A stretch of 63,446 bases of DNA, the filler included, from Folioceros fuciformis (taxonomy: Eukaryota): NCBI GenBank assembly GCA_049999805.1. It is 11 parts of 11 records of this genome, joined end to end, with 100 filler letters (N's around TTAATTAATTAA, not from the genome) between each part and the next. Parts side by side here need not be neighbours in the genome. Positions count along the whole stretch, not along the records: positions 43,213 to 49,473 come from JBNGIO010003525.1; positions 49,574 to 52,947 come from JBNGIO010003526.1; positions 53,048 to 56,454 come from JBNGIO010003527.1; positions 56,555 to 61,136 come from JBNGIO010003529.1; 7 more parts are not named here. One strand, given 5' to 3'. The notes under the pieces were generated by a model. That model had not been told where the DNA came from. It saw only the letters and a list, made by a program, of their open reading frames with translations, and did not search any database. The stretch's first letter is position 1; each line of letters begins with the position of its first letter. Of the stretch, positions 49,396 to 61,236 are shown one piece after another. A program made the position numbers and the translations under genes.

Positions 49396-49592
49396 GCCTG
49401 CGGCAGCCTCCTACCTTGGGGAGCTTGCACCTGGCCCCGCTCCCGTTCCCCGTGTGCCTGCCTCAGCCCCAGCNNNNNNNNNNNNNNNNNNNNNNNNNNN
49501 NNNNNNNNNNNNNNNNNTTAATTAATTAANNNNNNNNNNNNNNNNNNNNNNNNNNNNNNNNNNNNNNNNNNNNTTTCAACCAAAACAAACTA

Positions 49593-51240
49593 CTACCCCA
49601 AACTTTGGAGGTTCACAGCTTGCTTTTTGTGGGACCAATTAACAGATCCTAATGCTAGCTGAAACACATAGGCTGATAGGCTCCGTCTAGTATATGCATC
49701 TAACGCCCAATCAGCATCAGCCCATGAGGTGAGCACCATTTGCTTATGTCCACTAGCTGTGTAATGTAGGCCAAGATAAATTGTGTCCTTAAGATATCGA
49801 TAAATCCTCTTAACACCAGCCCGATGAGCTTTGCCTGGGCCTTTGAGAATTTGACTAACAATGCTCACTACATAGGAGATATCGGGGCGAGTCCAACTGG
49901 CAATAAATATAAGGCAACCCACAGCCTCAGCATAAGGTACAGCTTGCATGTCGGCAATATCCATAACAACTGTAGAGGACATGTCTGCTGTCAACTTTGC
50001 TCCCACTGGTAAGGGAGTGGAAACAGGACGAGCAACATCAAGACCGAAACGCTTCTAAATCTCCTTAAGATACTTGGTTTGNNNNNNNNNNNNNNNNNNN
50101 NNNNNNNNNNNNNNNNNNNNNNNNNNNNNNNNNNNNNNNNNNNNNNNNNNNNNNNNNNNNNNNNNNNNNNNNNNNNNNNNNTTTGATGTAGTATAATCGT
50201 GCCAACAGGTTTGTCTCGAAGAATCTGAATTCCAAGGCAAAATTGTAATTCTCCTTGGTTTGTCATTTCAAATTTTGCTCGAAGCAAATCCTTGGCTTTG
50301 TCTAACATAGTAGCACTGTTACTCAACAGAACGGCATCATCGACATAAAGGGCAAGAATCACGACGAAGTCCCCTTCTGCAAAATAAAACATGTTGGAGT
50401 CTGCCCCACACTGCACAAAGCCCTTTTTCTTGAGGTACTTCATGATGCGTTTATACCAAGCCCTCAGGCTCTGCTTTAAGCCATACAAGGTTTTCAGGAG
50501 CTTACATACTCACTGAGGCCACTTAGAACTAACAAAACCCTCTGGCTGCTCCATATACAGAACCTCCTCTAGCTCACCATGGAGGAATGTTGTACAAACA
50601 TCCATTTGGTGAACCTCAAGATTATACTCCGCAGCCATCGCAAGCAGAATCCGAATAGAAGGTGGCTTTCCAACAGGAGAGAACGTCTCCCTATAATCCA
50701 CACCCGGGATTTGGCTAAAACCTCTTGCAACCAATCGAGATTTATAGCGAGCAATAGTGCCATTAGACTTTAATTTAGTTTTCAATATCCACTTGCACGT
50801 GATGGGCTTATGACCTGAAGGTAAGTCCATCAACTCCCATGTGTTGTTCTTAATTAAACTATTGTACTCATAATTGATGCTAACCCGCCAATGGGCACCA
50901 TCAGGGCCATTAAGTGCTTCGTTATAAGATTGAGGATCATGCCTCACATTTGGAACAGATAAGTCTGCCACATATGCTAATTTACAAAAGTCAACAAACT
51001 CATATGGCACTTGTGTCCACTTTGACCTTGGCCTCCGTTCTCTAATAGGATAGCGAGGAGAGGGAGGATCAGCAAGAATTTTTTCTCCCACTGGATTTGT
51101 TGGGTCGATTCTATCATCTTCAGAACAATGAGAACCACCTTCGGATATGTCAGATTGTGAGTCATCATCAGCCATGAGTTCTGGGTCGAGTCCATCATGA
51201 TGGTCGACAGATTGCAAATTAGAATTAGCATCCTCACTAC
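49593..51240 (-). mobile_element. Ty1/copia pol fragment (RT and RNase H)
   Basis: DPQSYNEAL, NNTWEL, CKWILK..YKSRLVARGFSQIPGVDY.ETFSPV, QMDV, YGLKQS, LYVDD, TRPDISY, ADADWA. Confidence 0.93.
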
Positions 51241-51299
51241 CACTAGCCGCGGCCAGCTTTAACTACGCACACCTACCAAGAGGCTAAGACCTACCAATA

Positions 51300-52947
51300 G
51301 TTGCTAAAGCAGTGCGTGCCGATGAAGATTAGGACTGTTGGTGCCGCCATAAAGATTCATTGACCCCCTTTTCAAAAAGGTATGGCTAGGATGGCTCTTG
51401 AAGGGGGGCAGAGTCTGAAGGCTGAGCCACTAGGCCCCCCTCCATTATTGGGATTCGTCTTCTTTTGGATCCACGAGCTTCCATCGTACCTTCCTCTGTG
51501 TGGATCTCTTGGGCTATCCCTTTACCAGCACCTACAAGTTTGGTAGGGGAGGGATCCCCTTGTTCCTCAACTTGAGGCTCCTTCCCCACGTAGGGTGGGA
51601 ATGTTCTCTCCGTAGGTAGGGTCCCTACCATTCCTTCTCCTCCTCTCGTAGGTAGGTTCCCTACCCCTCCTCTCATAGGTAGGTTTCCTACTCAAGTAGG
51701 TACCCCTTGTTGCGTGCTCTTCCTAGCCAATAGCAGCTCCTTAGGTTCCCTTTACGAGCTCTCTAGGTCCATATTGTTGTCCTCTTGAAAGTCTGTTGGT
51801 AGGGGCACTGTCTCCAGGGCCTCACGGTCGTTATCATGTGGCCTAAGATACCTTCGCCTTGCCAATGCTGCCAGTTCCTTGTGATGAGCGAGTAGACGTT
51901 GGTGTAGGTGGAGGTTGCGATTCTGTTGAGCTAGATCTATGGTATCCATGTCAACAACCCAATCCCCACCCTCGCATCTACTCTTGTAGATATCCCGTTC
52001 AGCCGTCCTCGCCCCTACCTTCAACTGTAGGTCAAGGTTTTCTTGATGAGTTGCATGAAGCTTGGTCATGCACCCCGTCAAGTAGGCATAGTCAACATGA
52101 AACCTACGAGCTCGAACCACCAGCATCCTGTGAATCTTGGTCTGGTGTTCAGCTTCTTGTTGTGCTTTCTCCTGCCGAAGGTCTTCTAATTGGATGGTCA
52201 ATTGTTCTCTCTCCACTCGCTTTCGTTGCCCTGCTTCAAGGCGTTGTTGGAGTTCCTGGTTCGCTTTAGCATTCTTTGCCTCCAACTCATCTAGCTTGCC
52301 TTGTAAATCCTTTGCAAGGTAGACTTGTTCCCATAGTTGTTCCTCCACCACCTTCCTAGTTTCCTCAGATTGGGCAAGGCCCATTCGACATGCAACGATC
52401 TCATGTGATAAACCTTGTTGGGAAGTCTGCAACGTGGTCTCCTGCTCGGTCAACTTCTCCAGTCCTTGCCTTTGCTCACCATCCTTAAGAAGATACTGTC
52501 CTCGCTTCTTTTCCAATTCCTGCGCTTTGGATTCTAGTCGTGCCTAGTTTGCATCTCGACTTATGTCCTCCTGTAGTAGGGCTACAATCATTGCACAGGC
52601 CTCTACCCAATCGATGTTTTGTAGCTGTTGGCCACACCGAATGATGTTGCTCCACACTCCCAACGAAGTGTCGTTACCTTAGCTTGTGGCTTGTGCTCCC
52701 TAGGCTGCCTCCCAATTCATTGGTCTCCTTCTCCCCAAATCTTGTGCTCCATTCTGTGCTTGCACTACTGGTGTCATCGCCAAATCCCCTACCTGGTACC
52801 CTACTTCAACTATTGGTTGGCTTGGTCCAGGATCCCTCACTGTCTCAATCTCAGTTGGGGTGGAATCTAGGGCTGCGGGGGTGGTGACTAATGGTAGCCT
52901 TTGGTCCCTTTGCTGCTCTTGGGTCTCCGTATCAACGGGGTGCCATC
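51300..52947 (-). mobile_element. coiled-coil ORF remnant (254-aa piece at 51752-52516), probably retroelement accessory ORF
   Basis: Long Q/E/L-rich heptad reading, interrupted by stops upstream and downstream; short repeats (GTAGGTAGG..CCCTAC) near 51610-51700; adjacent to the copia fragment. Confidence 0.35.
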
Positions 52948-53047
52948 NNNNNNNNNNNNNNNNNNNNNNNNNNNNNNNNNNNNNNNNNNNNTTAATTAAT
53001 TAANNNNNNNNNNNNNNNNNNNNNNNNNNNNNNNNNNNNNNNNNNNN

Positions 53048-54860
53048 TTAGATTCATAAGTATCGCCTAACAATGTCCATGCTTCATTTGATGTTCTCGT
53101 CAGCTTGATGTGAGGGATCATATCTTGGGACACTGAAGACACAAGGATTGAGCGTGCCTTCCTGTCCTTCGACTGCCACTCCTATGCTTGCTTTGCTGTC
53201 CAGGTGGGTACAGTCCCTCCTGGTGTTGCTGGCCCTGACGGTTGACCAGCAATTCTCTGTGGATTGGTGCCGTCCACCACATCCATGAGTAACAATAAGG
53301 TAAGTGTCAAAATGTGGATAGAAGCTCACAATAACATCGTATGGTACCATTCCAATTCAGGCCCCTTTACACTAGGGGGTGCAAACAACTTTTCAGAGGT
53401 CTATGATGCTTCAATTTGGAAATAATAGTGTGATCTCCCTTGATGCCACTTTTGGCACCAATAAGTACAAGTTCCACTTATACACCTTGTTGGTCTTTGA
53501 TAGTTACTATAGTGGAGTCCTTGCTGCTTGGATTATCACGGACAGTGGTAAACTGGAGGATATCCAGGCGTGGTTGTATGCATTGCAAATGCATATGCAG
53601 CATCACAGTCCACTATGGCAACCTAGTGCTTTCCTTGTGGATGATGTTGCTGCTGAATAGGTGCTTTACGAGCCATATGGGGGGAGGCTGTGCCAATCTT
53701 GCTATGTTTATGGCATGTTAGAAAACGTTGGCTACGACACCTTTTGCTTAAGGTTAGGCAGTGGAGGACAAGAGTGCCAATCTTTAGTCGCCTTGGTGAC
53801 ATCATGTATGTTTCTCATCGTCGGCACACAGAAGCTGAGGCTCAGAAGATGCTACAACAATTATATGTGGATTATGAAAGAGAAGCTTTAGAGTTCATTT
53901 AGTACTTCAAGAATCAGTGGGAGGGGGTGCTACCTATGTGGCTAAAGTGTTCCAGGACCATGCCACATGCTGGCTAGGACTGCAATTCATCAATTTAAGC
54001 TTGGCATGGCTTCTTAAAGTCCATGTTGAGCCATGATTTTATGCGTCTGCGAGGTCGGCTTATGGATTGGTTGCTCCATACACTAACGGATACAGTATGC
54101 AAAGTATATTGGCAGAAGCACTTTACAAAACAACATGGCTTCAAGCACAATGGAAAGCAAGAGATGATTATCGAAAATGCAGTGAGGGGCTCTCTTTCTA
54201 TATATAAGGACCATGTTACACTTCCTATTGACGATCAAGAATCAGCTCTTGCGCAAAGCTGCACAAATAAAAGACTGATATACACAGTTTACAATCCTGT
54301 AGGAGACTGGGCATGCTGCAATTGTCCAAGAGGAATGCAAGGCTTTTTCTGCAAACACCAAGCAAAGGTATTACAAATGAAAGGGCAATTGCATTCAACT
54401 CAGGACCTCCTTCTCACACTTGTACGTAATAATACTTCAACAAACACTAAACCTTGTCATGTAGGAGAGGACACATCATGTGTCGGAGTGGTGCAAGCTT
54501 CCAACAACCCTCAAGCTATGCTACAAAAATGCTCATACAAAGATTAGGAGTATACAATTAAAGCACTGCAGGATCTTGTACAATCTGCAAATCCTTCTTT
54601 GCTTCAGCATGCATATGCTGGAGCCAACATTCTATTATGTTAGCTACGACAAGTAGAAGCCTGATTATGTGGAGCACAAACCTTGAATTCTATTCAGCTC
54701 AACAAAATGAGCAATGGTCTTGGCGATAGTTTGAAACGGAAAAAGAGCATGAATATAAACATAAAGAATCAAGAATTCTTGATTCAGAAGAAAGCTCTTG
54801 ACGTGAGCTTTAGAATGAGCCCTCTGTACTTCCCTTTAGTACTGAAGGAAAACACCCTTA
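53048..54860 (+). mobile_element. Mutator-like (MULE) transposase pseudogene with SWIM zinc finger
   Basis: SLDATFGTNKYKFHLYTLLVFD, FLVDDVAAE, LCLWHVRKRW, WHG..K, ACCNCPRGMQGFFCKH (SWIM). Broken by several TAG/TAA stops. Confidence 0.85.
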
Positions 54861-54914
54861 CTTGAAAACGTGATTTGAAGTGTTTGTCATCGCAAACTGT
54901 GGCAACGACGTCCA

Positions 54915-55101
54915 TGTGAGTTTCGACCCCGGCATACACGAGCGTATGTGAGTTGTTTCAACCCTGGCATACAAGGGCGTATGTGAGTTGTTTCGACCCC
55001 GGCATACACGGGCGTATGTGANNNNNNNNNNGTTTCGACCCCGGCATACACGGGCGTATGTGAGTTGTTTCGACCCCGACATACACAGGCGTATGTGAGT
55101 T
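54915..55101 (+). repeat. 35-bp tandem repeat x5
   Basis: GTTTCGACCCCGGCATACACGGGCGTATGTGAGTT, with an internal CATAC/GTATG inverted pair. Confidence 0.9.
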
Positions 55102-55927
55102 GGCTGTGCATGTATGAGGTAATGACTATGTGCATGCCAAACTCCACCGAGGGCGTGCTGGCTCCACCAGCTACCGGTGTCAAAGTGGTGGACCCCACGA
55201 TGGACCCCACGACTGCACACTTGCTTGCATTAATAACTTGACGAGTTTTAGGAGTCGCTGTACATCCTCGTACGTTTTTTTATTATTATTTTCTGACTCA
55301 ATTCGGCAACTATGGAATTTACGGCCAGGCTGCCGCTGTTGATCCTTCAAACTTTATCGCGGCGGTGTACGGTCCAACCATTTTGGACGTAACACGTGTG
55401 CCCACTTTGCAAGATACGCCTGTATCTCAATCTCCGAAGCGATAAATGCTTTACTCATGTGAAATCGGACGTGGCATGTCATGTCCCGTCCATCCAAAGA
55501 ACTTGATACGCCTAAGGCTAGTCAGCACACATATGGTTTTCCCGCAATGCATTACGCCATGCGCGAACCGCCCCTGGCAATAGGACAGAGCGGGCTAAAC
55601 AAAGCATATTCGATCCCGCCCGCGTCCGGTCGTCCCTCCACAAATTCTTCTTGAGCACCGCTCGCATCCACTCGCCCTTCAAGGGTTTGTCCACCTTCAC
55701 TCCCCAGCTCGTCTCTCCTGCCGTGCCTACGTCTCAATCTAGGTAGGTGGGAGCTAAGGGGGAGAAGGAGAGGATATCGGGGTGTGTTCGAATCAGGCAT
55801 GAAGGGTCGGCAGTGCCAGCTTTGGGCAGAGGAAGGAATTGGCGGAGAAAGGGTTTTAGGCTTTTGAGGGAGGCCGAGATCAGGTGGGGAAAGGAAGGAA
55901 GGACGAGAAGGGGGTCGGGTTGGAGAA

Positions 55928-56454
55928 GAAGGATTTTAAGATCGCCTATGTTGGATGAATAGACTAGAGAGGAGGATTTTAAGATCGCCTATGTTGCATG
56001 AATAGACTGCAAATTTGTTGTAGGAGAAGGTTTGAAATGTGCTGCCAGTTTAGATTATCGGAACATGTTGGTTTGGGAGGGCTGCTGTGGGCATCGCGCC
56101 CTTACATAGTGCTTTGCAGGGGCTGCTGGAAGCCTATGCTCACACGGTCATTTGGATTTATGACTTGGAATTTACTTCAACAGAGTGTGCATGAGCGCAC
56201 ACTCACAATGTTGTTTGTCACAGTGTTGTTTGGGAGGGCTACTGTGGGCAGCACACCCACACACCATGCTTTGGGGGGTGTTGTTTCTCATGGATTTAGG
56301 ATCAGGTCATGCACACTCACAGGATTGTTTGGGAGGGCTATTGTGGGCAGCGCACCCACACACCGTGCTTTTAGGGTGTTGTGGGAACATAGTGGTTTGG
56401 ATTTAAGACTTGGATTTTAGAATGAGCGTTACGTGCTCACACCGTGGTTTGGGG
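55928..56454 (+). repeat. local direct repeats
   Basis: AGGATTTTAAGATCGCCTATGTTG.ATGAATAGACT x2; GTTTGGGAGGGCT..TGTGGGCA..CACCCACACACC.TGCTTT x3. Confidence 0.75.
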
Positions 56455-57129
56455 NNNNNNNNNNNNNNNNNNNNNNNNNNNNNNNNNNNNNNNNNNNNTT
56501 AATTAATTAANNNNNNNNNNNNNNNNNNNNNNNNNNNNNNNNNNNNNNNNNNNNTGTTTCACCTGCTTTCTTTTCCTCCTAGTTCGGGGCCTATTCCAGC
56601 ATCTCGGGGTCAGTCTTCCATGGCCAAGGAACCATTTCGGCTGGAAGCTGATCCTGCTGAATAAGCTACCGTTTTCAAGCCAGGTTCCGGCTGCTGATCC
56701 CATTGCCTCCCACCTCCTCTCTATCTTTCCCACTTCTCATACTCCTCCCCTGGAGGCTGGGTCAGCCACCAAGGGTGAACAGTTGTAGGGGAAGACTTAG
56801 TGGGCGGCCATCCAGTAAGGAAGAGGCGGCGTTTACATATCTTTGAAGATCAGACATCCTCCGAAGTCTCAGGATAGTCTAAGAGGTGGTAGATCCTTGT
56901 GGTGGTAGGGCCAGGAGCTCATTGGTGGCAGGNNNNNNNNNNNNNNNNNNNNNNNNNNNNNNNNNNNNNNNNNNNNNNNNNNNNNNNNNNNNNNNNNNNN
57001 NNNNNNNNNNNNNNNNNNNNNNNNNNNNNNNNGGAGTCATTCACTTTGGGAGTCAGTCTATCTCTTCGTGAGCTGTTGGAGGTCCTCTCTTCATGAGCTC
57101 TTGTGGTCTGTCCCTGCTTGGTTTAGGAC

Positions 57130-57295
57130 CTGCAGTGTGATGCCGGCTGTGCAACGTCTGGTAGGATCGCAAGCCGCATGTTGCCGGCTGTACAGTGTTT
57201 GGTAGGATTGCAAGCCGCGTGTTGCCAGCTGTACAGTGTTTGGTAGGATCGCGGGCAGTGTGTTGCCGGTTGTATAGTGTCTGGTAGGATCACAA
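57130..57295 (+). repeat. 41-bp tandem repeat x4
   Basis: GT(T/C)TGGTAGGAT.GC..GC...TGTTGCC.GCTGTACAGT units. Confidence 0.8.
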
Positions 57296-57729
57296 GGTGT
57301 AATGACCAGGGTGTAGGGGCTTGCCCCTAGCTCTTGATTGTAAAGGATGTGTCTTTCTCTCGACCTGTCCACTCTTGTTCCTTGCTTGAACAAGTGCTGT
57401 AGGCCAGCCATGTCTCATGGCGTCTGGTAAGGTTGTGGGGAGGAGATATCCAAGAGGGGAGTGTGTTCCCTTCTTTCTTTTCTTTGGGGTTAGTCTAATG
57501 ACTCTTGCCGGGTAGGAGGAGTCAATAGGGAAGTGTAGAAGGTAGTGGTGTCATTGTTAGTTGCTGGTGTTGGTGCTGGAGTGAGAGAGTGAGTGAAGTG
57601 AGTGAGGGAAGTCGCAGATCTAAGAGGTTAGGGTCGTTGTAGTGACTGGAGTGAGTTCGTGGGTATCGAGAGAGGTGCAGCTGACTGCCGGACAGCGAGG
57701 CCCTTCTACGCCTGATCGGAGCTGGAGGG

Positions 57730-60189
57730 GAGCCCTCGAATCCATCATCGAGTTGATCAAGTCCGACCCTCCATCCACAGCAGCAAGGAACCCCATCGCT
57801 CCTTCGTGTGAACGAAACCTAATGTCTCAACGACAGTGGGATAAGTGTGGCTACTAAAGGTGGAACCCGTTGGCAATCAGTACCCAGGGTTTTGCCTCCA
57901 CAACGCGTTAGACAAGAAACCAACTTTCAAAATACTGACGAAGGAGGAGAAGAAGGAATACAGTGAGAAGAGGAAATGTCTCACTTGCATGGCACAAGAC
58001 CACGGTTCAAAGAACTGCCCTTTCCCCAAAGACTTCATCAACTGGTTGGGAGAAACCGGGAAGACCACCAGAGTGAGCCAACCAAACCCCAACCCCCCCA
58101 AGAGCGGACATGCCATCAACACAACCGAGGTCAGTACCCCTGCCATAGCTGAATCGATCTCAGGGAAGTCAACTCTCCAAGAGGGTTACCTGACCCACGT
58201 GCCCATCAAACTAGAGGTTGGCCTAGAAGGTGCCCGAGCCATAGCCCTGCTAGACTCTAATGCCAGTCATCACCGGTGTCAGACCCTAAAAAGTCTTACC
58301 CCTAGAAGGAACCCAAGAGCCCAGAGCTACAGATGCTAAGGCTCATGAGGAGCTCCTACCACCCACCATGAAGTCACTGCTATAGGAGTTCCAGGATGTG
58401 TTCACCGAACCAACAGAACTTCCCCCTAGACGTCCTGTCGACCATGCCATAGAGCTCCTACCAGGCCATAAACCCATCAGTATCCAGCCATACCGTACGT
58501 CAGCCACTGGAAATGAGGAAATAAAAAAACAAGTAGATGAACTCCTACAGAAAGGGTTTGTACGCCCTTCAATGTCCCCCTTCGGAGCCCCAGTCCTTCT
58601 TGTTGGCAAACCAGATGGTGGTTGGCGACTATGCGTTGACTATCGAGGACTCAATCGAGCCACAGTCAAAAATGTCTACCAGATGCCGAGGATCGATGAG
58701 AGCTTGGACCAACTTCACGGAGCAAAGTGGTGTACCAAGATCAATCTGAGATCCGGCTTCCACCAGATCAGGATCAAGGAAGGGGATGTATCTAAAACAG
58801 CCTTCCGCACAAGACATGGCCACTTCGAGTTCAAAGTTATGTCGTTTGGCCTGACAAACACACTTGCAACATTCCAATGTCTCATGTAGGACATCTTACG
58901 ACCATTGTTGGGGCACGGCGTAGAAGTATTCCTTGACGACATCCTCATATACACACCTGACTTGGAGACACATTACACCTTGGTCAAAAAGGTACTTGAG
59001 CTGCTGCGTGCCAACAAGTTGTTAGCCAAAAGAAGTAAGTGTGTCTTCATGAGGCAAGAGTGTGAATACCTGGGCCACATCATTAGTGCCACAGGTATCC
59101 GGGTAGATCCCCGTAAAGTCAAAGCTGTGGTGGACTGGCCCCTACCTCAGGATATCACACAACTCCGTGCGTTCCTGGGCATGGCCGGCTTTTACCGCCG
59201 CTTCATCCAAAGTTTCAGTAAGATAGCTGTTCCACTCACGGATGCCCTCAGGCACTCAACTACCAAACCATTACAACTAGGGCCAGAGGCAGTCCACGCA
59301 TTTGAAAGGCTCAAGCAAGCCCTTAGTTCGGCTCTCGTACTGGCGGTGGCAGACCCCTAGGCCCCCTACACCCTGCACATAGACGCATCAGATTTTGCTA
59401 TGGGTGCAGTATTGTCACAACAGGGTCGAGCTATTGCCTACGAATCCAGGAAGTTGCAAGGAGCACAGTTGAACTACGCTGCACATGACAAAGAGATGTT
59501 GGCGATCACCCACGCTCTCAAGGTGTGGAGGCATTACCTCTTAGGGCAAAAGGTGGTGTGTCATACAGACCACCACTCCTTGCAACATTTCTTCTCACAA
59601 CCCAACCTCAACTCCAGACAGCGTAGATGGGCCGAATACCTGGCGGAATTCAACCTCGAGATCAAGTATGTTACTCGGACTTCTAATGTGGTCGCAGATG
59701 CCTTGAGCAAGAGAGCTTGCACACTCATGACCACACAGTCCCAAACGGTGCAGTTAGTCCGGGATGGATTGCCTCAAGACCCAGAATTGTGGCAGCTATA
59801 TCAAAATCTCCTAGCAGATACAGCAACAGGTATTCCCACAGCACTTACCCAACTCTATTCCCTCAAGGATGCCTTTGTTTACCGTAAGGGCCGGTTGGTC
59901 ATCCCCTCCCAGCTCATTGCTATCAAACAGGCCATCCTCCATGATCTGCATGACTCCCCAATCTCCGGGCACTTGGGTATTGACAAAACCTATGCCAGGG
60001 TCCGGGAGCATTTCCACTGGGAAGGCATGCGCTCCGACTGCATAGAGTGGGTGCGCTCCTGTCAGTCCTACCAACAAGCCAAACCTAGCCATCAGAAATA
60101 CCCAGGCCTACTCCAACCCCTCCAAATTCCCACTGGTCGTTTCCGATCCATAGCCATGGACTTTGTTACACACCTACCTCATACCAGTT
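57730..60189 (+). mobile_element. Ty3/gypsy gag-pol fragment, truncated within integrase
   Basis: Zinc knuckle CLTCMAQDHGSKNC; protease [43 protein letters not shown]; RNase H DASDFAMGAVLSQ, NYAAHDKEMLAI; integrase HDSPISGHLG and IAMDFVTHLP. In-frame stops. Confidence 0.95.
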
Positions 60190-61137
60190 TGTAGTGCTTT
60201 GCGGAAGCGTTTGATCAAAGATAGTGCTTTACTAATTGATAAAATTGATTACAAGAGGTAGGCTTTTATAACCTTTGTCTGAAGAGTTGTACCTCTTCGG
60301 TACTAGATACCAAAGGGTATGACCACGCTAGGTTTAGCTAAGTTAACCATAGCCAACGCGGTCTATACTTCTAACTCTCCCTCTCAGACTAGTTGGGTTA
60401 TCTAAATCAAAGAACTAATAATCATTTGCCGCTGGAGTATTGTATAAGTACTACGATCTTCAACTAAACTCAACTCACCGATCGTCACCTGGCGCAAGTA
60501 AGATTGAAGCAAGCGGTCTACAATAGCTGTCAACTTCAAGTAACTGAACGTTCTGTGATAAGATATGCCTCACCAAATGTGTGACTGGTCAAGCTTCAAA
60601 AAGCTACTACAGTCAACTAATCCAAGCCTTTCTCTATGGAAGCAGTGTTTAAACTTCGGCAGGGATTTTGTCAGTATATCTGCTATATTGTTGTCTATGG
60701 GTACATATTGTACCTTAACAATTCCCCTCTCAGTAGCGTCACGAATATAATGGTGTTGAATCTCAATATGCTTCGTGCACGCATGAAAGACAGGATTAGC
60801 GACAAGAGCAATGGTTGGCATATTGTCACAGTTTAGCACCATTGGTCCTTCCTGCTACATATCCAAATCTTCACATAGCTTTCTTTCCCATTCAGCCTCT
60901 TTCGTGGCTTCAGTGAGTGCTTTGTACTCCCATTCTGTCGACGAAAGTGATATTGCAGCTTGTTTTCTACAAGGCCAATTAATAACAGTGGAGCCAGCAA
61001 GAAAGCAATATGCTGAGATACTTTTTCGTGTGTCTGCGTCTGAAGCCCAATCTGCATCAACAAAGCATGTTAGTAGCATATGCTTCTTTCCGCTAGGCTT
61101 GAAGCAGAGGCCATAATTTGGAGTACCCTTGAGGTAN
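60190..61137 (-). mobile_element. Ty1/copia 3' end (RNase H plus ~370-bp 3' LTR) inserted into the gypsy integrase
   Basis: VDADWASDADTRKS, KQAAISLSSTE.EY, CDN..IALVANPVFHACTKHIEIQHHYIRD, NIADILTK. Non-coding 60190-60560 ends in CA on the minus strand exactly where the gypsy frame breaks. Confidence 0.85.
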
Positions 61138-61236
61138 NNNNNNNNNNNNNNNNNNNNNNNNNNNNNNNNNNNNNNNNNNNTTAATTAATTAANNNNNNNN
61201 NNNNNNNNNNNNNNNNNNNNNNNNNNNNNNNNNNNN

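Noticed and set aside
48500..57295. 35-41-bp arrays (48500, 54915, 57130) as CRISPR-like arrays
   Set aside because: Head-to-tail tandem units with no unique spacers, no cas genes, eukaryotic context.
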